Positions 1 to 9,815 of a stretch of DNA of 64,000 nt are shown here, in pieces (position 1 is the first letter of the stretch; the number at the start of each line of letters is the position of its first letter). A model generated the notes under the pieces. It was not told the DNA's origin and did no database searches. It saw only the letters and a list, made by a program, of their open reading frames with translations. Source of the DNA: Nannocystis bainbridge (GTDB lineage: Bacteria; Myxococcota_A; Polyangia; Nannocystales; Nannocystaceae); assembly GCF_028368995.1 (NCBI RefSeq), contig NZ_JAQNDL010000003.1, positions 800,001-864,000 on the forward strand, given 5' to 3'. A program made the position numbers and the translations under genes.

Positions 1-150
1 GAAGAGCTGGCGAAGCTGCGCCGGCTCCATCCGCGCGGGATCTCCGAGCTGGTCGTACTCAAAGCAGTACTCGCAGCGCAGGTTGCAGAGCTTGGACAGC
101 TTGATCACCACGTGGAGATGGTGCGTGGATGGGGCACGGCGCGCGTTCAT
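1..150 (-). CDS. Radical SAM enzyme, N-terminal part (runs off window); resembles peptide-modifying rSAM/SPASM maturases
   Basis: Manual translation MNARRAPSTHHLHVVIKLSKLCNLRCEYCFEYDQLG has CxxxCxxC (CNLRCEYC); CAGGAG RBS upstream; missing from ORF track because truncated. Confidence 0.85.
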   Translation of the reverse strand, partial: MNARRAPSTHHLHVVIKLSKLCNLRCEYCFEYDQLGDPARMEPAQLRQLF

Positions 151-171
151 CCGTCTACTCCTGGACCGCCG

Positions 172-741
172 CTAGCACTCCACCCACACACCGGGCTGCG
201 GCTGGCACATCGACCAGACGCTCACCTCGCCGTTGCCGGACAACCCCTCGCCCCAGATGGAGCCGATCAGGCCGCCTGCCCCGATCTCGGCGATGATTCC
301 GTCCGGGAACACGTAGAAGCCCTGCGGCGCCGGGAGCACCTCGCCCTCGCCGGAGACGAGGATGGTGATCTGGCGGTCGCGGAGGATGGTCGCGTCGTAG
401 GCGCTGGAGAGCTCGAAGAGAGAGACGAACTTCTCGACTCCCTCGGGCAGCTTGACCTCGTGCTTCTTGAGGAAGTGGATGACCTCCTTCTCGTAGCCGG
501 AATGGATCGTGGTCTTGCACTCGTTCGGCTCGCCGGCGTGGGCGGTGCTGACGATCGCCGAGCCGAGCGAGCTCAAGAGATGATCGGCGACACCCGGCAT
601 CGAAGCGATGCAGAGGGCCGAGGCCGCGATGAACAGCACCTTGGGCCCCTGGGAGGGGCCATTCGTGGCGGTGCGAAGCGTCAGCGCGCTCGACTTCGGG
701 TCAGAGGGATTGTTGAATCGGTAGGTCTCGTTGTTGTGCAT
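172..741 (-). CDS. Hypothetical protein with signal-like segment and Trp/Cys-rich C-terminus; candidate rSAM substrate
   Basis: ORF 172..948, likely start ATG 741; hydrophobic stretch then STAHA|GEP; ends IWGEG...VWSMC...VWVEC; stop 21 bp before the rSAM start. Confidence 0.65.
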   Translation of the reverse strand: MHNNETYRFNNPSDPKSSALTLRTATNGPSQGPKVLFIAASALCIASMPGVADHLLSSLGSAIVSTAHAGEPNECKTTIHSGYEKEVIHFLKKHEVKLPEGVEKFVSLFELSSAYDATILRDRQITILVSGEGEVLPAPQGFYVFPDGIIAEIGAGGLIGSIWGEGLSGNGEVSVWSMCQPQPGVWVEC

Positions 742-974
742 GGCTTCGTCCGCGCCGAGGTCGGCTCGGCGCTCCGGTCGGGTAGTCCGGCAAAGGCCCG
801 CCGTGATCACGGCCTCGACATTTTTTTCTGCGCGCGGATGGGACCTGTCGCCGACCGCTCCCGACGCACACGGACACCCGACCGCGGCCGCCTCGCGGTG
901 GCGCTGCTCGGGGTCGGCAAATTCGACCGCGGGCGCCCGCCCTTGCACAGCGCCCGAACAAGAGCACGCAGCGC

Positions 975-1331
975 AGGTTCATGACGGCGGACAAACAGAG
1001 CGCCGCCGTCCTGCTCGTGGCGGCGCGTCCCCGCGAGCGTTCGCGCGGCGACGACCCACCGCGAGGCCGATGTCCTGGTGCTCGACGAGCCGACCGCCGC
1101 GCTCGATATCGACGCCGAGGCTGAGCTGTTCGCGCGCGTGCGCGAGCTCGCCGCCGCCGCACGGTCCTCCTGATCTCGCACCGCTTCGCCAACGTGCGCA
1201 TCGCCGATCGAATCGTCGTGCTTGCGGCCAGTGGCGTCGTCGAGCAGGGCGATCACACCCGCCTGATGGCCGCCGACGGCGTCTACGCGGCGATGTTCTG
1301 CAAGCAGGCCCGCGGCTACGCGCCGGGCTGA
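975..1331 (+). pseudogene. ABC transporter ATPase C-terminal remnant, frameshifted
   Basis: DVLVLDEPTAALD (Walker B/D-loop), then in another frame LLISHRFANVRIADRIVVL...VEQGDH. Confidence 0.75.
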
Positions 1332-1434
1332 CGCTGCGTCGTCGGGCGGCATCGCGCGACGCGACGTGCATGTCCGCAGGCATAGAGGCGGGGCTCGCCG
1401 CATGCGTGACGGGCCGCGGGGGTAGGCTGGGGCT

Positions 1435-1885
1435 GTGCATCGCGCATACGCCACGTTTCGCCTGGCGGATGGCACCCAACGCTCGCTCGCTCCCGGCGAG
1501 CTGATCGGGAGGCTGTGGAGCGCCGGGCTGCAGATCGACGATCCGCGGGTGTCCGAGGGACACGCGATGCTAAGCCTGCGCGGCGGCGACTTGTGGCTTG
1601 GCGCTGCGACGGCGGCTCGCAGTCGGCGAGCGCAGCGTCGCCGAGGTGTGGCTCGAGCCGGGGCTGTGCATTGCCCTGGCGCAGGGGCTGGAGATCATGG
1701 TCGAGGCGGTCGAGCTGCCGGCGGAGGCGCTAGCCCCAGGGTTGCCACCACCGTGTTGCTCGGAATGTGCTCGCTGCAGGTACGCCCGCAGGTGCAGCTG
1801 TTCGCCCGTCACGAGCCCGACGCCCGTGCCGGATCTGGGACACCTGCGACGGCTGGCGCAGGGCCCAGGCATGCACCCTCGATGA
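1435..1885 (+). pseudogene. FHA-domain protein remnant, frameshifted
   Basis: LIGRL...IDDPRVSEGHAMLSL (FHA GR...S..H pattern); reading continues in frame 1598..1885. Confidence 0.55.
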
Positions 1886-2019
1886 GGTGGCCCCGAAGTA
1901 GTCGCGGACGGCGGCCTCCGCGAATAGACGCTTCCGACAGATCCGTGATCGTCGATCGTCGCGGTCTCCACGAACTGCTGTTGCGGCGTCGGATCGACCC
2001 CGCGCGGGCCAGCCGAGGT

Positions 2020-2352
2020 CTATCCGCTGAGGGGGAGCGGAGCGAACGGGGCGACCGACCGCCCCCCACCGTCCTTGGGCGGGTCGCTCCCCTCCGAGAG
2101 ATCTTCCGGGGCCTCCTTCGGGAAGCAGACCCCGCCGTAAGGCTCATTTTTGTACTTACAGTATTCACCCTTGAGACATTCCTCGTCCTTGAAGCACCCC
2201 GGAATTGGACCGAACCTCGCGCTCTCCTCGTCTCCGGGATCCGCCTGGACACCCACCGCTTGCTCGCTCTCAAATTCTTCGGACTCGCAGCCGGCACCGA
2301 CGAACCCCAAGAAGCACCCCAGCACCACCAGTTTTCTTGAAAAGCTATTCAT
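2020..2352 (-). CDS. Small Cys-containing lipoprotein
   Basis: MNSFSRKLVVLGCFLGFVGAGC lipobox; CFKDEECLKGEYC motif. Confidence 0.65.
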   Translation of the reverse strand: MNSFSRKLVVLGCFLGFVGAGCESEEFESEQAVGVQADPGDEESARFGPIPGCFKDEECLKGEYCKYKNEPYGGVCFPKEAPEDLSEGSDPPKDGGGRSVAPFAPLPLSG

Positions 2353-2780
2353 TCTTTCATTGGCCCCAAAACATCCTATCAGATCTTTCTAAGAACAGCT
2401 CGCGTGTAAGGTGTGCCGGATCTGCGGTTCGTCGGCGCGCTCTTTTCGGCGTACCCTCCAGCGGCAGCGGCGGCGCGGGAGCAAAGGAGCGCCGTTGACG
2501 GACACCGCGGACATGGATGCTGGACTTCGGGATCTGTTGTTGGCGCCGACGTGGAGAGCATCGTCCCCGGGCGTTCGCTGAGGCCGCTCACTCGGGCCGA
2601 CCTACCGCCGCTCCTCGGAGTCATCGCACTAGGGTGGCGTCTGCGGGGCTGCTGAAGTCTCGGCCGATGCCCATTCTCCGCGAGCACCTCGCCGCGCGCC
2701 CAGCCCTAGGCGAGTCCGGCCACCGCGCCGCTCTCGGCCCGGCGACGTGACGAGCCCGACATGGTCGCACGGCTGGGCAC

Positions 2781-4895
2781 TCAGCGCCACGAACCAGGAG
2801 GGCCCCGCGCGCCCAGCGAGCCGAGGACCCAGGGGCCGGACGGCGTCGCCGGTGCCAAGCACAAGTCGAAGTTGCCGTGGGCCCAGTCGTGCTCGCTGCG
2901 GTCGTCGCCGTCATGCCCCGCGCCTGCCGGGATCTGGAACCAGTCCAGGCTCGGGCGAGTGGGCCAGAACCATCGCGGCCCCGTGAGGAAGCCGGCGGCC
3001 TCAAGGTTGGCAGGCGGCTCGCCGCCCCGGAACTGCACCCGGAGTCGCCGCCGGTCCTCCGCCTCGGCGAAGTCGGTCGACTCGTGCAACTCGAGCAGAG
3101 ACACCATGACCGGCTCGCGCAAGTCGAGAGCTCCGGTCAGCCCGATCGCTGGGGCAGCGCCGACACTCGCATCCACCTCACCTGGCCCGTCTGCGGGAGG
3201 ACGATCGCCCTCGTCACGGACGACCGGGGCGCTGGCCGCCCCCGCGGTGACGTCGACTCGCTCAGGTTCAGCGGGCCTTCCGATCCGCTCCTCGCGCGCC
3301 CGCTCTGCGGCAGGTTCGAGCGGCTGAGAAACACTTTGAGGGTGAAGATGGACGAGCTCGCGGAGAACAGTCCCCAGCCGCTTGCGAACCGCGATGACTT
3401 GGGCACGGTCGCTAGCGGGCGCGGCCTCCCAGGCCCTCAGGATGGCGGCCAGCGCCAACAGGGGAGCCAGCGGCGACGAAGCCAGCTGGGCGACGGTTGC
3501 GGCATCACCTTCAGACAGGGAAGCGGCGTTCTCTGCGGCCACCGCAGTCAAGGCTTCCGCCGAGGCCTTGTGATGAGCAGCGCTTACCTGCTCGAGTGTC
3601 CCCAAGGCCTCGACAACACCCGCGTCCTGATCTTGGTGCGGACTGCCGGCGGACGTCCCGCCTACCCATGGCGAGCTCGGCGTCTTCGAGTGTGCCGGTG
3701 GCGTCGCCTCGGCGTTTTCCGCCAAAACCTCGCCGGTGGCCGACGCGGGGAAGCGGAACGGGATCGGCGTCTCCTCGAGCAGCCGGCGATGGAGCGCGGT
3801 CGACGGATCGTTCAGGCCGACGAGGTGGATGTGCCAAATCCGTTCCCCTTCATCTCGGGTGACGAGGCAAGTCCCCGCCGCGCGCAGCAAGTTGAGCGTG
3901 TCCGCCAGCGCCTCGAGCGTGATCTCGAACGACGGGTCGTGTCGCTGGACCGCGCCGCGGAGCACGCCCGTCAGCCCGACGAGGTCGTCGGAGCCCTTGA
4001 GGCTGCACTGAAACAGAGCGCGCAGTAGCCGGGGGAGGTACTTCTTACCCTTGAGCCTCCTGGGCCTGCATGGCTCCTGGACGCGCCGGGTGCCCTGCTC
4101 GAACCGCCGGCGCACCGGCTCGGAGCGCAGCGCCATCGCCCGGTGCTCGAGGCCCTTGAAGCAGCGCCAGACCACGTCCGGGATCGAGGGTCCGCCCATC
4201 ACGTCAGTCGGCAGGCCGTGGACGATCCGCAGGTAGCGAGCCCGCGTGGCCGCCGAGACGCGCACGTGGTCGGGCACGGGTGACGGCTTCGAGCCGCTCG
4301 AGGCCGTCCTGACCCGCTGGAAGCTGCGCATGCGATCGACGAGCACTTCGCGGAGATCGAGCGGCGCCTTGATATCGAGGACGACCCGGCGCTGGCCCTC
4401 GACAAGAACGACCGCGACCTGCCGGCCGAGCGACACTAACAGGATCGTGTTGGACTCCTGCTCCGCCACGCCGACAAGGAAGCGTCCGTGCGTTGGCTTG
4501 AAGTACCGGCGCTGGTCGTCACCGAGACGAACCACGGGCGGCGGCAACTGGTGCGGATCGACGCTGTCACGGATCCGCGCCCAGGTCGCCTTCACATCCG
4601 CGAGCTCGCCGACCACCAGCGGCGTGACGAACTGACCGGCTTCTCCGACGTACGAGGCGTGCCAGTGCACCTCGTCGGACGGCGCCCCGCAGAAATGCAC
4701 TTCTCCTCCTGAAGGCCAGGCGAACCTGAAGCGCTGCACCTGGGTTTCCAGATGGTTCACAGAGGCAGCCGTCTCGTCGACCAAGATCGATAGCCGCTCG
4801 CCCGCAGAGTACGCCTCGTACTCCGCGAACGCCTGGTCGATCGCCCAGTCGTCAGACCCCCCTTCCGCTGCCCTCACGTCCCCTCGCACTGTCAC
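2781..4895 (-). CDS. Hypothetical 704-aa protein, divergent from the element operon (possible replication or regulatory protein)
   Basis: Long ORF; possible winged-helix segment ITLEALADTLNLLRAAGTCLVTRDEGERIWHIHL; no family recognised. Confidence 0.6.
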   Translation of the reverse strand: MTVRGDVRAAEGGSDDWAIDQAFAEYEAYSAGERLSILVDETAASVNHLETQVQRFRFAWPSGGEVHFCGAPSDEVHWHASYVGEAGQFVTPLVVGELADVKATWARIRDSVDPHQLPPPVVRLGDDQRRYFKPTHGRFLVGVAEQESNTILLVSLGRQVAVVLVEGQRRVVLDIKAPLDLREVLVDRMRSFQRVRTASSGSKPSPVPDHVRVSAATRARYLRIVHGLPTDVMGGPSIPDVVWRCFKGLEHRAMALRSEPVRRRFEQGTRRVQEPCRPRRLKGKKYLPRLLRALFQCSLKGSDDLVGLTGVLRGAVQRHDPSFEITLEALADTLNLLRAAGTCLVTRDEGERIWHIHLVGLNDPSTALHRRLLEETPIPFRFPASATGEVLAENAEATPPAHSKTPSSPWVGGTSAGSPHQDQDAGVVEALGTLEQVSAAHHKASAEALTAVAAENAASLSEGDAATVAQLASSPLAPLLALAAILRAWEAAPASDRAQVIAVRKRLGTVLRELVHLHPQSVSQPLEPAAERAREERIGRPAEPERVDVTAGAASAPVVRDEGDRPPADGPGEVDASVGAAPAIGLTGALDLREPVMVSLLELHESTDFAEAEDRRRLRVQFRGGEPPANLEAAGFLTGPRWFWPTRPSLDWFQIPAGAGHDGDDRSEHDWAHGNFDLCLAPATPSGPWVLGSLGARGPPGSWR

Positions 4896-4983
4896 GATAG
4901 CATGGCGTCAAGGCGTGGGCTGCTCGGGTGCCTCATGAGGTAGGAACCCAACGAAGATTTGCGAACTTGTTTGCTTGTACGAG

Positions 4984-5121
4984 GGGACAGACGGTGCCTG
5001 TCCCGATGCTCTCCCGACCCTCCGGGCGCTGCAGCACTCGTTATTTGCGGGATATTAGCGGCCCCTTAGGGGACCAGCTTCCCGCCGCATGCGTGCCAAC
5101 ATCGGGACAACATCGGGACAA
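4984..5121. promoter_or_regulatory. Repeat cluster in the divergent intergenic region
   Basis: GGGACAG-N7-CTGTCCC at 4984-5004; CATCGGGACA direct at 5100 and 5111 and inverted at 4999-5008. Confidence 0.55.
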
Positions 5122-5237
5122 TTCGCGGCCAGCAGTCTCCAGCAATGCTCGTACTTGAACATTCGATTGCTCAAAATTTCTGGTTGCACGCGGTTCGATC
5201 ATCGGCTTGATTGGGTTCCCAGCGGAGGGTGAGGTCG

Positions 5238-5810
5238 ATGCGGCGCATGGTCGTCAGCACAGCGGGTGGTGATATCGTCACGGAGAAGGATGTCGCCGAG
5301 GCACAGCTCGTCGGGGCGCTGGTCGACTGCTACCGCGTGTTGCCCGACGCCGCCGTCTACCTCGACGGCCAGCTCGTGCCGGAGGAGGCTCGCCGGGCGG
5401 CACTTGCGGCTCTGTCTGAAGGGACAGCGCCTGCGGCGGACCGGATCGCTGCGCCGCCGCTCGAGCCGGACAAGTTGAAGGACTACGGCGAAGTTCTCGC
5501 GCAGCTCTTCGACGACCTGCGCAAGGGCTACGTCCAGTCGATGAACGACCTGCACGACGTCTTCCGCCGCTACCGCGAGATGTGCCTCGACAACGAGCGG
5601 CGGTTCGCGGACGAGGTGGCGCAGCAACGCGCGCTCACACACAAGAGCCTCGCCGACGTCGACCTGCTCCGGCGCAGCGTCACGACCACCCAGCTCCTGA
5701 ACGGCTTCGCGTCCGAGATGCGACCGCAGGCGCTCCACCAGGGCGGTCCGACGCTCACCGACTACGTCGCGGGGCTCGTGAGAGCCGTCGCCGGCGACAA
5801 GAAAAAATAG
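5238..5810 (+). CDS. Hypothetical protein with coiled coil
   Basis: ATG 5238 after GAGG; first gene of the operon. Confidence 0.65.
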   Translation: MRRMVVSTAGGDIVTEKDVAEAQLVGALVDCYRVLPDAAVYLDGQLVPEEARRAALAALSEGTAPAADRIAAPPLEPDKLKDYGEVLAQLFDDLRKGYVQSMNDLHDVFRRYREMCLDNERRFADEVAQQRALTHKSLADVDLLRRSVTTTQLLNGFASEMRPQALHQGGPTLTDYVAGLVRAVAGDKKK

Positions 5811-5828
5811 GGAGGAGAGGGAAGGAAG

Positions 5829-6275
5829 ATGGCTCAAAAGACATCATGGTCCGCAGGACAGGTGCTCGCCCAGGCCGAGGGCTCGATCGGCACGACGCTG
5901 AGGGTCGCAGTCGCCAACTATTACAAGGGACAGGACCTCGGGACCGCGCAGGCGCTCCGGATGGTCGAGACCGACACCGAGGCCGCCGAGCTGGTCACGG
6001 CGATCCGCCAGGGTCGCGTCCATGAGGTCCTGATGGTGGCCGCGAGCGCCGCCCTGGGCGCGATCGCCGGAGCCCTGTCGCAGAAGGCTGTCAGCAACGC
6101 GACCGTGGGCGGCGTGCCGCCTGTGACCGCTCTCGGCGCCCTGCCGACGGTCGCCGGCCTGGCTGCGCCGATCAGCCTGTCCGGTCGCTCCATGCTCGCG
6201 GCGGGCGGCCTGTCATACATCACCGGCGCGGTGATCTACAGCATGCTGGCTCCGACGACGGAGGTCGCGCCATGA
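5829..6275 (+). CDS. Membrane protein, 2-3 Gly/Ala-rich hydrophobic segments
   Basis: Strong purine-rich RBS; hydrophobic C-terminal half. Confidence 0.75.
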   Translation: MAQKTSWSAGQVLAQAEGSIGTTLRVAVANYYKGQDLGTAQALRMVETDTEAAELVTAIRQGRVHEVLMVAASAALGAIAGALSQKAVSNATVGGVPPVTALGALPTVAGLAAPISLSGRSMLAAGGLSYITGAVIYSMLAPTTEVAP

Positions 6276-6688
6276 AGGGCTCGGTCCTCGCCCGGTTACG
6301 CCGCGTCTCGACCAGCCCCGAAGGCCGCGCCCTTGTACATGCCGTCGATGACGCTGGCCTCGAGTACAAGATCGAGGTCCCGCTCGAGGCTGTCCGTGGG
6401 GTCAGCCCCGACCAGGGCCACGTCCTCGTGCTCTCGTGGTCGATCGAGCCGAGCACGCGAGCCGCCGAGCCAGCTGCGGCATCGATTCCGGCCGAACCCT
6501 CCTCGACCGCGACGACGCGCGTTTCCACCACGAGCGAGGTGGATCGGGCGTTCATGGCGTTGATGGGCCGTCCCCGCGGCTCGACATCCGCCGCCGAGTC
6601 CGATCCCGCCACATCTACCTCCGTCTCGACCGCTACGAATAGCACCTCCCAGGGGCTCGCCGAACTGCTCGGCCTGAAACACATTTGA
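6272..6688 (+). CDS. Hypothetical protein with Ser/Thr-rich tail
   Basis: ATGA overlap with previous gene. Confidence 0.7.
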   Translation: MKGSVLARLRRVSTSPEGRALVHAVDDAGLEYKIEVPLEAVRGVSPDQGHVLVLSWSIEPSTRAAEPAAASIPAEPSSTATTRVSTTSEVDRAFMALMGRPRGSTSAAESDPATSTSVSTATNSTSQGLAELLGLKHI

Positions 6689-6777
6689 CCTGACCTGGAC
6701 CTCCAGACATTTAGCACCGCTCCTTCGCCCATTCGGGTGAGAGCCGAGAACACTCGTTTCAAAAATCAGGAGACACG

Positions 6778-7425
6778 ATGGACACGGATACGCAAGAGAA
6801 GATGGAATTCCTCGGCCGCGAGATCGCCCAGAACCTCGCACGCATGGGCAACCCGGCCGTGTTGCCGGCCGGGCAGACCGAGCCGCCGGCCTGCGGCCTC
6901 GGCGTGCCGACGAGCGGCTGCGACAATCTGCTGTATGCCCCGATCACGGTGGCTCGATTCCGCCGTGGTGGCCGCACGAACATCGACCAGGCTGTCGAGG
7001 GCAAAATCCCGCTCGCGCCCGGCTCGTCCGTCATGCTGTCGCAGGCAGCCTATCCGCCCTGGGCCACGGGCTGCTACATGCTGCGGTACCGACTCGCCAA
7101 CAACGGCAACAACCACGACGAGATCAAGATCGAGTGGTTCGTCGATTCCGAGCCGCTCGACGCGATCCAATACGGCAGCGAAATCTACAACACGGACAAC
7201 ACCGTGATCGGCCATGGCAAGCTCCCGATTCCCCTCGCCCTCGGCGAGCACTGCTGCATCGGCGGCAACAACCGCCTGCGGGTCCGGATCTCGCACACGG
7301 GCAACGCCAACCAGATCGAGAACATCCGCCTCCACGTCGAGCACGCCAACGCGGTCAAGTGCTGCAGCGCGTGCGCGTCCGGCCACGATTGTCAGAGCGG
7401 TTGTAAAAACTCCGCTGCGAAGTAG
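6778..7425 (+). CDS. Beta-rich, Cys-tailed protein; candidate major structural protein
   Basis: AGGAG RBS; strongly GC3-biased codons; alternating strands (YMLRYRL, IKIEWFV, LRVRISH, IRLHVEH); C-terminal CCSACASGHDCQSGC. Confidence 0.75.
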   Translation: MDTDTQEKMEFLGREIAQNLARMGNPAVLPAGQTEPPACGLGVPTSGCDNLLYAPITVARFRRGGRTNIDQAVEGKIPLAPGSSVMLSQAAYPPWATGCYMLRYRLANNGNNHDEIKIEWFVDSEPLDAIQYGSEIYNTDNTVIGHGKLPIPLALGEHCCIGGNNRLRVRISHTGNANQIENIRLHVEHANAVKCCSACASGHDCQSGCKNSAAK

Positions 7426-7433
7426 GAGCTGCC

Positions 7434-8159
7434 GTGCACAAGATCAAGCTCATCATCCGCGGCGGCTTCGACGGCCAGACTCCCGTCACCCAGGCACCGA
7501 TCTTTCGTTTGGTCGAGGGCTGGAGCGAGGCGGAGCTGGAATCTCCGGCGGGCATTCTGCCTGCTGGCCTCTGGGGGCAGGTCCCCGCCGGGGACCCCTA
7601 CCTTCTCCACGCCTGCCTGCTGACCGTGAACCCGCTCGACCCGCAGACCATGATCGAGGTACGGACCGGTGCGCCGACGCATACCCGGGCGCAGTACACT
7701 CCGAGCGCCGACAACCTACGGCTCACGCTCGTTCGTCCCAGCGACGAAATCCGTGTGGTCACCTCACCCCAAGGGATCGTGAAGCTCGAGCTGCTGGTCG
7801 AGAGTATCGGTGGCGTCAACGAGCTCGGTTCCCGTCTCTACGAATGGTCGGACGCGGCGAATAAGGCGCGCGACACCGGCGTCCGCGTGGTCCGCTTCGC
7901 CGCGAACGGCGCCATCCCGGGATGGCTCGGCACGCTCCACGTCATCTACGACAGCGTCAACGCCGGCAACATCACCCTTCCCCCGCGAGTGATCGTGCCG
8001 CTCGACGCGGTTCTCACGGTGACGCGCAAGGGGCCCGGCATCCCCACGCTCCTCGCCGCCGCCGGCGACTCGTTCGCCGGTGGCGTGATCGGTCAGGCCA
8101 TCCAACGCAGCGGGTTCATCATGAACAACGGCGAGCAGTGGACCTGGGTCGCCGATTGA
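7434..8159 (+). CDS. Beta-rich hypothetical protein; candidate structural protein
   Basis: AGGAG RBS + GTG; many short hydrophobic strands. Confidence 0.75.
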   Translation: MHKIKLIIRGGFDGQTPVTQAPIFRLVEGWSEAELESPAGILPAGLWGQVPAGDPYLLHACLLTVNPLDPQTMIEVRTGAPTHTRAQYTPSADNLRLTLVRPSDEIRVVTSPQGIVKLELLVESIGGVNELGSRLYEWSDAANKARDTGVRVVRFAANGAIPGWLGTLHVIYDSVNAGNITLPPRVIVPLDAVLTVTRKGPGIPTLLAAAGDSFAGGVIGQAIQRSGFIMNNGEQWTWVAD

Positions 8160-8208
8160 TTGTGTGCGCCCGCGCCGAGACCCTCTCCATTCATCAAGGA
8201 GCATCACC

Positions 8209-8949
8209 ATGGCCGTCATCGATAGACATCGCGTCGCCCGCCTCGTGGAGCTGTCTGCGGCCGAGCGCACCCTCAAGGGGCCCGAGCGACAACTGCGCGA
8301 GGAAGACGTCAAGCTGCTCATCAGGGCGGCCTATGATGACGCCATGGACGCGCCGCGTGCCGACTTCATGGCTCGCGTGCAGGGGGTGCCGACGAGCGCG
8401 TGGCCCTGGTCCGCGGTCCAGGTGATGGCGCCGCGCGGCGGAACTGGCGTCAGCCTTGGGGGCCTCGTCGGCGTGCCGAGACCCGCCCTGATCCCGGCGC
8501 TGCTCGTGCTGATCCGCGGCCAGGCGGACTCGGCGGATCTCGATCCAGGTAATCGGCTCCCCGAGCCGGGCTCGCCCGAGTTCGCTGAATGGGAGCCGCT
8601 GCAGAGGGCGCTCGATACCTGGGACACGCAGACGATCACGAAATCGATCGGCCCGCAGGGGTGGGTCAGCATGATTGGCAACACTTCGGGGCAGGCGCCG
8701 AGAGACACGGAAGACGGAGCGACCAGCGGGGCGCCCGCGGCGGGCACCTCACCCAACCCGCCCCCCAGCAGTGTGCCGGCGCCACAAACGCCCCCAACGC
8801 CGTCGGAGCTCACGTGGAAGCACCCCGCCGTGATCGCGGCTGGGGTTGCAGTCGCGGTCGCCACCGGCGCGGTCCTCTACTCACTCGCCCAGAGCCGGAG
8901 CCGCCGCGAGCTCGAAGACGTGCTCTCGCAACAGGAGGAGCAGCCGTGA
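8209..8949 (+). CDS. Tail-anchored membrane protein
   Basis: AAGGAG RBS; Pro-rich linker then TWKHPAVIAAGVAVAVATGAVLYSLAQSRSRR. Confidence 0.75.
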   Translation: MAVIDRHRVARLVELSAAERTLKGPERQLREEDVKLLIRAAYDDAMDAPRADFMARVQGVPTSAWPWSAVQVMAPRGGTGVSLGGLVGVPRPALIPALLVLIRGQADSADLDPGNRLPEPGSPEFAEWEPLQRALDTWDTQTITKSIGPQGWVSMIGNTSGQAPRDTEDGATSGAPAAGTSPNPPPSSVPAPQTPPTPSELTWKHPAVIAAGVAVAVATGAVLYSLAQSRSRRELEDVLSQQEEQP

Positions 8950-9815
8950 ACCGCGGGATCTGGATCACTCTGGGCACCGCGCTCGGCGTCGCCGGCGTCG
9001 GTGGAGCGCTCCTCCACAGCCGCCGCGCGAGCGCGGCGAGCCTACCCACTCCCGCGCCGGGTCCCGGCCCAGCTTCGGGCCCCGTGCCTGCGCCCGGCCC
9101 AGCACCGCACATCGAGCTGGCGCCGCTGCCCAGGGCCGCCGACGTCAACGGCGACCTCTCGACCAACTGGGGAGAGACGCCGGTCGACCTCCGGCCGCTC
9201 TTCGTGCTGATGGAAGAGATCGCAAGGATCCCGGGCTCGGCCCGCGTGTTCGCGGTGATCGCCTACCGCGAGTCTCGCTTCGTCACGACTGCCCACAATG
9301 GCAACGCAACCGACGAGCAGGACGAGCGCGACGGCTCGCGGCTCGCCTACGACAACAACAAGGCGAAGAACCCGCCGCTGCGCTACGGCGAGCATGCCGC
9401 AGAGTTCGGCAGTGGTGGTCTGTTCGGGGCGCTCGCGCCCTACTTCCTGTGGACCGGCGTGCCCGAGGTCCGCAGCAAGGCTCCGCTCCTGAACGCGCCG
9501 CCTGAGCTGGTCTTTCAGCCACGCGCGGCCGCCTTCGGCGCTGCCGTGTACATGCAGCGGATCCTGAGGAACTACCGCGTCGACGACATCGCCGACATCA
9601 AGGTGGGCTGGGCCAACCCCTCGCTGCTCGGCAGCGGGCGCGGTGGAACCAAATACCACGACGTCCGGGCCCGGTTCCTCACCGACGCAGTCTTCCTCGA
9701 CATCGATCTGACCGACGCGACGACGATCCCCCCGAAGCTCGACGCCTCGGCGTGGCCCGGCGTGCCCGCTGTGTTCGCCGGCCTCGCCGGCGCCCTGCCC
9801 AAGGATCTCGCATGA
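8946..9815 (+). CDS. N-terminally anchored lytic transglycosylase-like protein
   Basis: GTGA overlap; N-terminal TM, Pro linker, AVIAYRESRF (SLT-like ES motif), GGLFG. Confidence 0.55.
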   Translation: MNRGIWITLGTALGVAGVGGALLHSRRASAASLPTPAPGPGPASGPVPAPGPAPHIELAPLPRAADVNGDLSTNWGETPVDLRPLFVLMEEIARIPGSARVFAVIAYRESRFVTTAHNGNATDEQDERDGSRLAYDNNKAKNPPLRYGEHAAEFGSGGLFGALAPYFLWTGVPEVRSKAPLLNAPPELVFQPRAAAFGAAVYMQRILRNYRVDDIADIKVGWANPSLLGSGRGGTKYHDVRARFLTDAVFLDIDLTDATTIPPKLDASAWPGVPAVFAGLAGALPKDLA

